DNA of 64,000 nucleotides from Bacillota bacterium. GTDB lineage: Bacteria > Bacillota > Clostridia > Acetivibrionales > DTU013. Below the pieces are notes generated by a model. The model was not told the DNA's origin. It did no database searches and saw only the letters and a program-made list of their open reading frames with translations. Location: positions 64,762 to 128,761 of the forward strand of contig JAEYRV010000053.1 of NCBI GenBank assembly GCA_023435305.1. Direction: 5' to 3'. Positions 36,535 through 45,506 of this stretch are shown here, piece after piece. Each line of letters opens with the position of its first letter. Within the stretch, counting starts at the first letter, position 1. The position numbers and the translations under genes were made by a program.

Positions 36535-38874
36535 ATGAAAAAGTTTTGGTCATTGTTGTTGGTTGGATGTCTCGTGCTGTTTATGACTGCCTGTAGTACT
36601 GGGAATCAGGAAGCGGTCGGGGATCAGCCCGGAGAGCAAACTGAAGAACAGAAGGCCCCGGATCAGTCTGTTGTGACGGATCAGCCGGGCGGTGAGACAG
36701 AGCCGCCAGAAGCAGAGCCGCCAGAAGCAGAGCCGCCAGAAGCAGCTCCGCCTGCAGAAGAGGTCCAGCTTACCGAGGAAGAGCAAAAAGGCAATCTTAT
36801 TCCCGGCGGTTACTTCAACAAAATCGATAACAAGTGGGGCCTGTACAAGGAATCAGGCGGACAGGGATCCACAGCAGTGAAGGATGGGCAGCTTGAGGTG
36901 ACCATTGAAAAGATCGGCACGGTAAAGCACGCCGTACAGGTATATTGCGACGGCTTCGAAGTGCTGCAGAATGCAGAGTATAAAGTGGCATTCGATATGA
37001 AGTCGAGTGTTGACAGGGTAATCGATTGGCGCATACAGATCAATGGCGGAGATTACCATGCTTATACAGGCCAGGAGGATGTGAAGGTAACCTCGGAAAT
37101 GAAGCATTATGAGTTTACTTTCACGATGGAGGAAGCATCGGACCCGGCTCCAAGGTTCTGCTTCAATATGGGCTTTCATGAGCCTGACGGGGAGCTTGGC
37201 GCACATACTGTCATTATAGATAATGTGGAACTGATGGTATTGGATGATTCAAAAGCTCAAACCATATCTTCCGGGGATGTCGGACCTGAAATAAACATTA
37301 ATCAGATAGGATACCGGACAGGAGACAAGAAGACTGCAATTTTCCGCGACAGCAGCAAGGATACGAGATTTGATGTTGTGGATGTAAAGACCGGGAAAAC
37401 AGTGTTCACAGGGAATGTGTCCGGCGCCGTACAAACCGCAAGTGCAGGAGAGACGGTAGCCTATGGCGATTTCTCCAGTGTGAATGTGCCCGGTAAATAC
37501 AAGATAACAGCTGCCAATAGCGGTGAATCATATGAATTCGAGATAGCTGATGATGTTTACAGCGATATATTTGCAGATACTATAAAAATGCTGTACATGC
37601 AGCGCTGCGGAAGCAATCTGGACAAGAAGCATGCAGGTGATTTCGCCCATAAAGTCTGCCATACACAGAAGGCAACTGTTTACGGCACGAAGATCACAAA
37701 GGATGTTTCGGGCGGATGGCATGATGCAGGAGACTTCGGACGCTATGTGGTGCCGGGTTCGAAGGCTGTTGCCGATTTACTTCTGGCTTATGAGGATTAC
37801 AGTGCGATTTTCAGTGACAGCGTCGGTATTCCTGAAAGCGGAAACGGCATTCCCGATGTACTTGATGAGGCCAGATATGAACTTGAATGGATGCTGAAGA
37901 TGCAGGATGAGAAATCGGGCGGTGTGTACCACAAGGTAACGGGTTTGAATTTTGAAGGCAATGTTATGCCTGATACGGTCAAGGATGATTTGTATATCAT
38001 GCCAATCTCCAACTGTGCAACAGGCGATTTTGCTGCTGTTATGGCAATGGCTGCAAGAATATATGAGAAATTTGATGCTGCTTTTGCAAAGAAATGCCTT
38101 GCCGCAGCAAAAAATGCGCTTACATATATGGAAGGCAGTGAAAATAAAGGCGGCTATAAGAATCCGAATGATGTTCTCACCGGAGCATACCCGGACGAAG
38201 AGGATGCAGATGAGTATTTCTGGGCTTTGGCAGAGATTTACAAAACCACAGGCGACGCTGCTTTCAACAAGAAGCTGAGCTCGGTGGACATAGCATCACT
38301 TGAAAGAGGTCTGGGCTGGGAGGCAGTTGACCTGTATGGCTGCTATGCATACCTTACCTCAAAAAATCAGGATGCAGGTTTGGCAAACAAGATAAAGGAC
38401 AAATTCAATACCTATATTGCATCTATCGAGAAAAATGTGCAAAATGAAGGTTATTTCTCCACAATGGGTGCGGTTTATCCTTGGGGAAGCAATATGACAA
38501 TTGCCAACAACGGTGCGGTCGTTCTGATGGCAAACAAAGTGCTTGGAAAGGATACCGAACTGGCACAGAAGCAGCTTGATTACTTGCTTGGAGCGAACCC
38601 GACATCATACTGCTTTGTAACCGGATACGGCACACAGACGCCGGATGATACTCACCACAGACCATCCATGGTGTTGAAGAAGACAATGAAGGGTATGCTG
38701 GTAGGCGGTGCAAATTCCAACCTTGAGGATCCGTATGCAAAGAACGTGCTTGCTGACAAGCCAGCAGCAAAATGCTATACAGACAATTCTCAGAGCTTTT
38801 CATGCAATGAGGTGACGATTTACTGGAATTCACCGCTTGTTTATCTGCTGGCGGGTTTGCAGGCTGATAAATAG
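36535..38874 (+). CDS. Glycoside hydrolase family 9 endoglucanase lipoprotein with a CBM4/9-like module and an Ig-like (CelD_N) domain
   Basis: 779 aa. The lipobox is LVLFMTAC, followed by a (PEAEP)n linker and a CBM-like module. The Ig-like segment is ININQIGYRTGDKKTAIF. GH9 motifs are DVSGGWHDAGDFGRYV, DEARYELEWMLKMQ, HHRPS and NEVTIYWNSPLVYLL. Confidence 0.88.
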   Translation: MKKFWSLLLVGCLVLFMTACSTGNQEAVGDQPGEQTEEQKAPDQSVVTDQPGGETEPPEAEPPEAEPPEAAPPAEEVQLTEEEQKGNLIPGGYFNKIDNKWGLYKESGGQGSTAVKDGQLEVTIEKIGTVKHAVQVYCDGFEVLQNAEYKVAFDMKSSVDRVIDWRIQINGGDYHAYTGQEDVKVTSEMKHYEFTFTMEEASDPAPRFCFNMGFHEPDGELGAHTVIIDNVELMVLDDSKAQTISSGDVGPEININQIGYRTGDKKTAIFRDSSKDTRFDVVDVKTGKTVFTGNVSGAVQTASAGETVAYGDFSSVNVPGKYKITAANSGESYEFEIADDVYSDIFADTIKMLYMQRCGSNLDKKHAGDFAHKVCHTQKATVYGTKITKDVSGGWHDAGDFGRYVVPGSKAVADLLLAYEDYSAIFSDSVGIPESGNGIPDVLDEARYELEWMLKMQDEKSGGVYHKVTGLNFEGNVMPDTVKDDLYIMPISNCATGDFAAVMAMAARIYEKFDAAFAKKCLAAAKNALTYMEGSENKGGYKNPNDVLTGAYPDEEDADEYFWALAEIYKTTGDAAFNKKLSSVDIASLERGLGWEAVDLYGCYAYLTSKNQDAGLANKIKDKFNTYIASIEKNVQNEGYFSTMGAVYPWGSNMTIANNGAVVLMANKVLGKDTELAQKQLDYLLGANPTSYCFVTGYGTQTPDDTHHRPSMVLKKTMKGMLVGGANSNLEDPYAKNVLADKPAAKCYTDNSQSFSCNEVTIYWNSPLVYLLAGLQADK

Positions 38875-38904
38875 GCAGTCCGTAGGGAGAGCGAAGTATT
38901 GAAT

Positions 38905-38952
38905 AAAAGGGCAGGATCCGTTATTGTTCGGTTCCTGCCCTTAATATTTTTT
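38905..38952. terminator. Bidirectional terminator between convergent GH9 and purH genes
   Basis: AAGGGCAGGATCCG, a loop, CGGTTCCTGCCCTT, flanked by A-rich and T-rich runs. Confidence 0.65.
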
Positions 38953-39020
38953 CGTATAGAATCCTCATGACTATTTTGCAACTGCAGAGAAAACTCATGG
39001 ATTACGACTATCTACGATTA

Positions 39021-40199
39021 TCAGTGATGGAACAGCCTGATACCCGTAAATGACATTACCATGCCATATTTGTCGCAGCACTCTACTACCAGATCATCCC
39101 TGACAGAGCCGCCCGGCTGGGCAATATAGCGCACTCCGCTCTTGTGTGCTCTCTCGATGTTGTCGGAGAAGGGGAAGAATGCATCCGAGCCAAGAGTTAC
39201 GTCCTGCATGTTATTCAGCCAGGCTTTTTTCGCTTCTCTGGAGAATACTTCCGGCCTGACCTTGAAACGCTTCTGCCATTCGCCGTCTCTGAGGACATCC
39301 TCGTATTCGTCGCCTATATATACATCGATGGTATTGTCACGGTCTGCCCTTCCGAGAGAATCAACGAATTGCAGGCCAAGGACCTGGGGCGACTGGCGGA
39401 GGAACCAATTGTCCGCCTTGCTGCCGGCCAGTCTGGTGCAGTGGATCCTGGACTGCTGGCCCGCGCCTATGCCTATTGCCTGGCCGTCCTTTACATAGCA
39501 CACAGAATTTGATTGTGTATATTTCAGCGTTATCAAAGCTATTTTCATATCTGTCAGCGCGCTGTCAGGTATATCTTTATTTGCTGTGACAATATTCGAT
39601 AGAAGGCCGCTGTTTATATCGAGCTCATTACGGCCCTGTTCAAATGTGATTCCATAGACCTGTTTTCTTTCGATGGGATCGGGTGTGTATTGCGGATCGA
39701 TTTCAATCACGTTGTAATTGCCGCCCTTCTTGGATTTGAGGATTTCAAGGGCTTCATCCGTGTATCCGGGTGCGATCACACCATCGGACACTTCTCTTTT
39801 TATCAGTCTTGCCGTATCCGAATCGCATACATCTGAAAGCGATACAAAGTCACCGAAGGAAGACATTCTGTCAGCGCCTCTGGCTCTTGCATACGCGCAT
39901 GCCAGCGGAGATAATTCACCAAGGTCATCCACCCAGTAAATCCTCGCGAGGGTATCGTTTAATGGAAGTCCGACAGCAGCGCCGGCTGGTGATACATGCT
40001 TGAAGGATGTGGCAGACGGCAGGCCTGTCGCGGCTTTCAGTTCCTTCACCAGCTGCCAGCCGTTGAAGGCATCGAGGAAGTTGATATACCCGGGTTTTCC
40101 GTTCAGGACCTTTACAGGCAGCTGGCCGCCGTCGGCCATATAGATCCTGGATGGTTTCTGATTGGGATTACAGCCATATTTCAATTCCATTTCGTTCAT
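39021..40199 (-). CDS. purH: Phosphoribosylaminoimidazolecarboxamide (AICAR) formyltransferase, stand-alone AICARFT-type PurH
   Basis: 392 aa. …LKYGCNPNQ…SFKHVSPAGAAVG…GSDAFFPFSDNIERAHKSGVRYIAQPGGSVRDD… matches the AICARFT half of PurH. There is no MGS-like IMP cyclohydrolase domain. Confidence 0.88.
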   Translation of the reverse strand: MNEMELKYGCNPNQKPSRIYMADGGQLPVKVLNGKPGYINFLDAFNGWQLVKELKAATGLPSATSFKHVSPAGAAVGLPLNDTLARIYWVDDLGELSPLACAYARARGADRMSSFGDFVSLSDVCDSDTARLIKREVSDGVIAPGYTDEALEILKSKKGGNYNVIEIDPQYTPDPIERKQVYGITFEQGRNELDINSGLLSNIVTANKDIPDSALTDMKIALITLKYTQSNSVCYVKDGQAIGIGAGQQSRIHCTRLAGSKADNWFLRQSPQVLGLQFVDSLGRADRDNTIDVYIGDEYEDVLRDGEWQKRFKVRPEVFSREAKKAWLNNMQDVTLGSDAFFPFSDNIERAHKSGVRYIAQPGGSVRDDLVVECCDKYGMVMSFTGIRLFHH

Positions 40200-40215
40200 A
40201 GCGCACCTCTGTTAT

Positions 40216-40929
40216 TTATACATTTTTATTTATTATTCTGGTTTCATGTCTGCCGGAAGCAATATCTATATACCTGACAAATAGTGAGACCTTGTTGTCA
40301 TCATTCAGACTGTTCCATATCATGCCGGTAAATGTATCGATGTCATCCGAAATACCGATAAGCTTGGGCTCGCCCTCAAAACTCGGCAGCGGATCGCCGT
40401 CTTGCATATAGGTATGGATAAAACGGCCTTCTCCGGCGACGGGGTTCTCATATGCGAAAGTGAACCGGTTACAGCTTTTGGGATTGCCGTTGCTGCTTTT
40501 CAGAATGGACATGGCATAGTTGCAGCTGTTATTTTCAATATGCATTATTCCTGATATGCGGGGAGTGTAGTTGGGACTGTCCGGCTCAAACTCACGGCAC
40601 CTCAAGGACTGCTCGAAGGTCAGCTGCTTGTCCATTCCTGCATAAATGGTGTCTGTCTGGTCACCGTTTGTTACAATTGTTTTATTGCCAAGCACTCTCA
40701 CCGGGGCATAAATTATCAGGCTCGGATCTGACATTTTGGATGGGTCAAAGGCCTGTGTGCGGATACCCGCTCCATCCTGGACAAACACTCTGTTTCTGCT
40801 GTTAGTGCTCCTGCCCATTATAAAGTACGCCGTCACTGCCTGGTTTCCATCCTGCGACCTGCCTATAACAATTCCTCGGCCGGGATATGAGTTTGATTTG
40901 AGCTCATGCTCAAGTGACATAATCTTCAT
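40216..40929 (-). CDS. purO: IMP cyclohydrolase, PurO-like family
   Basis: 237 aa. …NSYPGRGIVIGRSQDGNQAVTAYFIMGRSTNSRNRVF… matches the archaeal-type IMP cyclohydrolase family. It lies directly upstream of purH. Confidence 0.8.
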   Translation of the reverse strand: MKIMSLEHELKSNSYPGRGIVIGRSQDGNQAVTAYFIMGRSTNSRNRVFVQDGAGIRTQAFDPSKMSDPSLIIYAPVRVLGNKTIVTNGDQTDTIYAGMDKQLTFEQSLRCREFEPDSPNYTPRISGIMHIENNSCNYAMSILKSSNGNPKSCNRFTFAYENPVAGEGRFIHTYMQDGDPLPSFEGEPKLIGISDDIDTFTGMIWNSLNDDNKVSLFVRYIDIASGRHETRIINKNV

Positions 40930-40950
40930 TTATTCAACCTCCTGCGCATA

Positions 40951-41078
40951 AAAAATAAAAAACGCCTGGACAAACTATAATGTTTGCCCAGACGGTCGGC
41001 TCAGAAATATGCGCGCTCCCTGCAGGTCAACCTGCCACATCCTGTATTTGGATGCTTTCCGTCAGTTGCGCGGCCCAT
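40951..41078 (-). promoter_or_regulatory. ZTP (pfl-motif) riboswitch with expression-platform terminator
   Basis: The minus-strand RNA reads …GGGCCGCGCAACUGACGGAAAGC…GGAGCGCGC…GAGCCGACCGUCUGGGCAAAC… The ACUGACGGAA and CCGACCGUCUGGGCA blocks match the two conserved ZTP sub-domains, with a GACGG/CCGUC pseudoknot. The 3' block overlaps the terminator GUCUGGGCAAAC-auuauag-UUUGUCCAGGC-UUUUUUAUUUUUU. Confidence 0.8.
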
Positions 41079-41281
41079 ATGAATAATTTACATTATTGAT
41101 AAAAAAATTTCAAGCTATTTTATCATACTCAGGACTTTGATTTTACCTTTTCTGCGGACGAAACCTTATTGGCGAGGTACTTGACATAAAATATCTCTTG
41201 ACAATTTTTGCATTATTAAGTAGGATGATAAGGAAATAATTGTTGCAGTTAAATTCTTATGTGATTTAAGGGGGATGGAGT

Positions 41282-41632
41282 ATGAGTTGGTTTTTAGCAG
41301 TTATTCAAAAGTATGCAGTGTTTTCCGGGCGCGCAAGACGTAAAGAATATTGGATGTTCTTCCTGTTCTACTTTATTTTCAATGTTGCTGCAAACATAAT
41401 CGACGGCATTCTGGGCACTTATCTCATAGTTCCGCTTTTAAGCCTGGCTCTGCTGGTACCAAACCTTGCAGTAGCAGTAAGAAGACTGCACGATATCGGA
41501 AAAGCAGGAACATGGATCTTCATAGCTTTTATTCCGGTTATCGGAGCAATATGGCTGATAATCCTTCTGGCAAAAGAAGGAGACCGTGGATCAAACAATT
41601 ATGGCGAAGATCCGAAGGAAGGCTCTTTATAA
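41282..41632 (+). CDS. DUF805 domain-containing inner membrane protein
   Basis: 116 aa. GRARRKEYWMFFLF…VAVRRLHDIGKAGTW… is the DUF805 (YhaH/YhaI-like) signature. Confidence 0.85.
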   Translation: MSWFLAVIQKYAVFSGRARRKEYWMFFLFYFIFNVAANIIDGILGTYLIVPLLSLALLVPNLAVAVRRLHDIGKAGTWIFIAFIPVIGAIWLIILLAKEGDRGSNNYGEDPKEGSL

Positions 41633-41661
41633 TCCAAACAGATAAATATGATCAGTTACAT

Positions 41662-41691
41662 AAAGGCTGCAGAGATGCAGCCTTTTTTGTA
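41662..41691 (+). terminator. Rho-independent terminator
   Basis: AAGGCTGCA-gaga-TGCAGCCTT, then TTTT. Confidence 0.8.
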
Positions 41692-41735
41692 TGCTGCATG
41701 TCCGGTGAGGCCGGCCGCACTGGCCACGCTGGCGT

Positions 41736-41830
41736 CACTGACCGCGGATGCCATACAGACTGCGCATGCCTCCCTGACCGCGGATGCCGTACAGACTGCG
41801 CATGCGTCACTGACCGCGCATGCCGTAAAA
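41736..41830. repeat. GC-rich 36-bp tandem repeat, about 2.6 copies
   Basis: CACTGACCGCGGATGCCATACAGACTGCGCATGCCT (41736-41771), a near-identical copy at 41772-41807, and a partial third copy. Confidence 0.9.
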
Positions 41831-41913
41831 ATTCGGTATGGAAAGATATGGCCAAGTATGATAAATTAGAAAAAACATGAATAAGCAAAAAAAATGTCGA
41901 AAGGGTTGGTCAA

Positions 41914-42621
41914 ATGTATCTTTTAGCGTTGGCTGTCGCACCCTCCATAGCAATATTGGTCTATATTTATACCAAGGATAAATATGACAAGGAGCCGAAG
42001 AAATTCCTGCTGCTTCTTTTTGGACTCGGCTGTCTGACTGTTATTCCCGTTTGTATTCTGGAACTGATCATACAGGGTGTGGCCGGATTTGACAAATCCC
42101 TGCCCAGCGTGTTCCTGGAAGCATTCTTCGGGGTAGCTCTGATAGAAGAGGGCGTCAAGTACTTTGTCATGAGAACTGCGGCAGGGAAACGCTGCAGACA
42201 TTTTAACCAAATGTTCGACGGCATCGTATATTCTGTTTACATTTCACTGGGCTTTGCAACTGTAGAAAATATACTATATGTATTTCAAAATGGATTCACC
42301 ACCGGTGTTATGAGAGCCCTCACGGCGGTGCCGTGTCATGCGATCACCGCTGTAGCCATGGGATACTATCTGGGGATCGGCAGATTCCGTGTGGACACCC
42401 GGGACAGGAACAAATTCATGGCATTGGGTCTGATCGTGCCTGTGATACTGCACGGTGTATATGATTTTCTTGTTCTTTCGGGAAATACGATCCTTGTGCT
42501 GATTTGTATCCCATTCATAGTATTTATGTATATTTACGCATTCAAAAAAATCAAGAAGCTTGCAGCATACAACCATATGGTCAGGGATGAGGAAACCGGA
42601 AAGATCACCGATCTTTCATGA
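41914..42621 (+). CDS. prsW: PrsW family intramembrane glutamic/metalloprotease
   Basis: 235 aa. It has the motifs EEGVKY and HGVYDF in a multi-TM protein, as in the PrsW family. Confidence 0.8.
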   Translation: MYLLALAVAPSIAILVYIYTKDKYDKEPKKFLLLLFGLGCLTVIPVCILELIIQGVAGFDKSLPSVFLEAFFGVALIEEGVKYFVMRTAAGKRCRHFNQMFDGIVYSVYISLGFATVENILYVFQNGFTTGVMRALTAVPCHAITAVAMGYYLGIGRFRVDTRDRNKFMALGLIVPVILHGVYDFLVLSGNTILVLICIPFIVFMYIYAFKKIKKLAAYNHMVRDEETGKITDLS

Positions 42622-42725
42622 ATATGTGCAGGTCTTATGCCTTTGCTGCCGTTGTTATATACTGTGATTTGTTAGTTGTCTGACTTGTTGGTATTATATA
42701 TGTATCGACAGCAAAGGATTTGATT

Positions 42726-45395
42726 ATGAAGAAACTTGTCATAGGAATACTGGCACATGTTGATGCCGGCAAGACAACCTTATCAGAGAGCCTGCTATAT
42801 TTGAGCGGCAGGATCCGCAAGCTGGGCAGGGTGGACAACAGGGATGCCTATCTGGATAATTATGAGCTTGAAAGGGCCCGGGGCATCACCATTTTTGCCA
42901 AGCAGGCAGTTTTTGATACAGTGGATGCCCGGATCACACTGCTGGATACCCCCGGCCATGTAGATTTTTCAGCCGAAATGGAGAGGACGCTCCAGGTGCT
43001 GGATTATGCGATCCTGGTAATAAGCGGGGCAGACGGCATACAGGGACATACCAGGACCTTGTGGCGCCTGCTTTCTGTCTATCGGATACCTGTCTTTATT
43101 TTCATCAACAAAATGGATCAGAACGGTACGAATAAAGAAATAGTAATGGCCCAATTGAAAAAACAGTTGGATGACAGTTGTATCGAATTCACACAGGATG
43201 AAACAGACCATTTCCGCGAACAGTTGGCCATGTGTGATGAGGCCCTGATGGAGGCTTACCTTGATAAGGGCAAAATCGGGGTCGGTCTTGTCAGGGAAAC
43301 GATAAAAGCGCGTAGAATATTTCCGTGCTTTTTTGGTTCTGCCTTAAAGCTTGAAGGTGTGGATGAGTTCCTGCAGAGTCTGGTGATGTATTCTGATATG
43401 CCCTCGTATCGGGAAGAATTCGGAGCCAAAATATTCAAGATAAACAGAGATGACCAGGGAAACCGCCTTACTCATATGAAAATAACCGGAGGAAGGCTCA
43501 AGGTGAGGGATACATTGGGCAACGGTTCCCAAACGGAGAAGGTCAATCAGATAAGAGTCTATTCGGGACAAAAATTCGAAACGATAAATGAGGCGGAGGC
43601 AGGAACGGTATGTGCGGTGACCGGGCTTACCCGGACCAGGCCGGGAGAAGGTCTGGGAACGGAGGAAACCTCCGGCGCGCCTGTACTGGAGCCTGTGCTG
43701 TCATATCGGATAATACTGCCTGAGGGCTGTGATCCAAGGGTGATGCTCCCCAAGCTTCGCCAGATCGAGGAGGAGGAGCCTGAGCTTCGTGTTGTATGGG
43801 ATGAAAGCCTTAAAGAAATCAGAGCGCAGATAATGGGAGAGGTACAGACAGAGGTACTGCAAAGTACTATACAAAGCAGGTTTGGTATCGAAGCTGGTTT
43901 CGGATCAGGAAGGATACTTTATAAGGAGACCATTGCAGATAAAGTGGAGGGAGTCGGGCATTTTGAACCGCTGAGGCATTATGCGGAGGTGCATTTGCTG
44001 ATGGAGCCGGGAGAGCCCGGAAGCGGCCTTCGTTTTGCAGTTGACTGCAGTGACGATGTATTGGCTAAGAGCTGGAAGAATCTGATCCTGACTCATCTGG
44101 AGGAGAAGGTCCACAAAGGTGTCCTCACAGGCTCTGCAATAACGGATATGAAAATCACTTTAATCTCAGGCAAAGCCCATAACAAGCATACGGAAGGCGG
44201 GGACTTCAGAGAGGCGACTTACAGGGCTGTACGCCAGGGACTTATGGAAGCTCAGTCCGTATTGCTGGAGCCCTTCTACTCTTTCAGCCTTGAGGTTCCC
44301 GATAATCTTATAGGCCGGGCAATGTCCGATATTGAAAAAATGTCAGGAACCTGCAATGTCACCGAGATAACAGGTGAGACGGCAGTGCTTGAAGGGATCG
44401 CACCCGTAGCCGCCATGCAGAATTACCAGAAAGATGTGGCGGCATATTCAAAAGGCCTTGGCAGGCTTTTTTGCAGCCTGATGGGATACAGGCCCTGTCA
44501 TAATACCGAAGAAGTGGCGGAGATGATAGGATACGACCCTGACAGAGATATTGCAAATCCTGCATGGTCGGTATTCTGTGAAAATGGCGCAAGCTTTCCG
44601 GTCAACTGGGACAGTGTTAAAGACTATATGCATGTGGAAAGCTGCTTCAGCAAGAGCAGTGACAGCATCGGGGAAACAGAGCAAAAGCCGGATCCCGAGT
44701 GGAAAGAGGAGCAATGGATCGGCCCCGAGGAGGTCGACAGGATATTCAAGCGCACTTTTTTTGCCAATCAGGGGAAGAAAACCGTCTGGAAGAAGCGCAA
44801 GGCTGCCGCCGGAAGCTATCATGCGCCATCGCCGTCAGCAGATACCGGCAGATCAGGAGAAATCGGGAAGCTGACGGCAGCGAAGAATGAGTATCTGCTT
44901 GTGGATGGCTACAATATTATTTTTGCATGGCCCGAGCTAAAGGAGCTTGCCGATGAGAACATGGACGGGGCCAGATCAAAGCTGATCGATTATCTAAGCA
45001 AATATCAGCACTTCAGAAAATGCCGCATCATTGTCGTGTTTGATGCATACCGCGTGCTCGGGCATAACGAAGAGATGATCGATTATGGCAATGTTTATGT
45101 TGTTTTTACAAGGGAAGCCCAGACAGCAGATCACTTTATCGAGAAATTCGCCCACAGCAACAAGCACAGATATGACATAACTGTTGCGACCTCGGACGGC
45201 CTGCAGCAGATAATAATAAGAGGCGCAGGCTGCGCTGTTATTTCTGCCAGAGACTTGAAGGAAGAGCTCATCAGCGCTGATAGGAAAATAATGCAGGCAT
45301 ATCATGAAAAACAGCAGCCGGGACGCAATTATATCGGAGATGTGCTGCCCGATGAGAAAAAGCAGCAGATCGAAGAAATCACAAAGGATGAATGA
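42726..45395 (+). CDS. EF-G/TetM-like translational GTPase fused to a C-terminal YacP/Rae1-type NYN ribonuclease domain
   Basis: About 889 aa. The N-terminal roughly 640 aa are collinear with TetM/EF-G-type GTPases: G1 AHVDAGKT, G2 RGITI, G3 DTPGH, G4 NKMD, then domain II-V-like sequence. After a basic linker of about 90 aa (…KKTVWKKRK…), residues from about nt 44889 read EYLLVDGYNIIFAWPELK…IIVVFDAY…TADHFIE…VATSDGLQQIIIRGAG. That segment is collinear with B. subtilis YacP (LLVDGYNMIGAW…VVFDA…TADERIE…VATSD). I prefer the ATG at 42726 (AAAGGA RBS); the ORF opens at 42720. Confidence 0.85.
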   Translation: MKKLVIGILAHVDAGKTTLSESLLYLSGRIRKLGRVDNRDAYLDNYELERARGITIFAKQAVFDTVDARITLLDTPGHVDFSAEMERTLQVLDYAILVISGADGIQGHTRTLWRLLSVYRIPVFIFINKMDQNGTNKEIVMAQLKKQLDDSCIEFTQDETDHFREQLAMCDEALMEAYLDKGKIGVGLVRETIKARRIFPCFFGSALKLEGVDEFLQSLVMYSDMPSYREEFGAKIFKINRDDQGNRLTHMKITGGRLKVRDTLGNGSQTEKVNQIRVYSGQKFETINEAEAGTVCAVTGLTRTRPGEGLGTEETSGAPVLEPVLSYRIILPEGCDPRVMLPKLRQIEEEEPELRVVWDESLKEIRAQIMGEVQTEVLQSTIQSRFGIEAGFGSGRILYKETIADKVEGVGHFEPLRHYAEVHLLMEPGEPGSGLRFAVDCSDDVLAKSWKNLILTHLEEKVHKGVLTGSAITDMKITLISGKAHNKHTEGGDFREATYRAVRQGLMEAQSVLLEPFYSFSLEVPDNLIGRAMSDIEKMSGTCNVTEITGETAVLEGIAPVAAMQNYQKDVAAYSKGLGRLFCSLMGYRPCHNTEEVAEMIGYDPDRDIANPAWSVFCENGASFPVNWDSVKDYMHVESCFSKSSDSIGETEQKPDPEWKEEQWIGPEEVDRIFKRTFFANQGKKTVWKKRKAAAGSYHAPSPSADTGRSGEIGKLTAAKNEYLLVDGYNIIFAWPELKELADENMDGARSKLIDYLSKYQHFRKCRIIVVFDAYRVLGHNEEMIDYGNVYVVFTREAQTADHFIEKFAHSNKHRYDITVATSDGLQQIIIRGAGCAVISARDLKEELISADRKIMQAYHEKQQPGRNYIGDVLPDEKKQQIEEITKDE

Positions 45396-45506
45396 TCATA
45401 CTGACTAAGGCACAAAGTCAGCAATACAGGTTAGGATGGACTTATTGACATAAATACTGATTATCGTTAATCTTAATTTATATCGATGTATTAGCGGGGT
45501 GTTTTA

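Noticed and set aside
41350-41888. Three ORFs (41350..41880, 41648..41869, 41652..41888) spanning the 36-bp GC-rich repeat.
   Set aside because: The first is out of frame inside the well-supported DUF805 gene. The others start inside or just after its terminator hairpin. Their openness is explained by the 12-codon repeat unit.
42726-45395. Calling this gene a tetracycline resistance ribosomal protection protein (TetM/TetO-like).
   Set aside because: Similarity to TetM reflects only the shared EF-G-like fold and G-motifs. The protein is about 250 aa longer with a nuclease domain. Nothing in the sequence demonstrates a resistance function.
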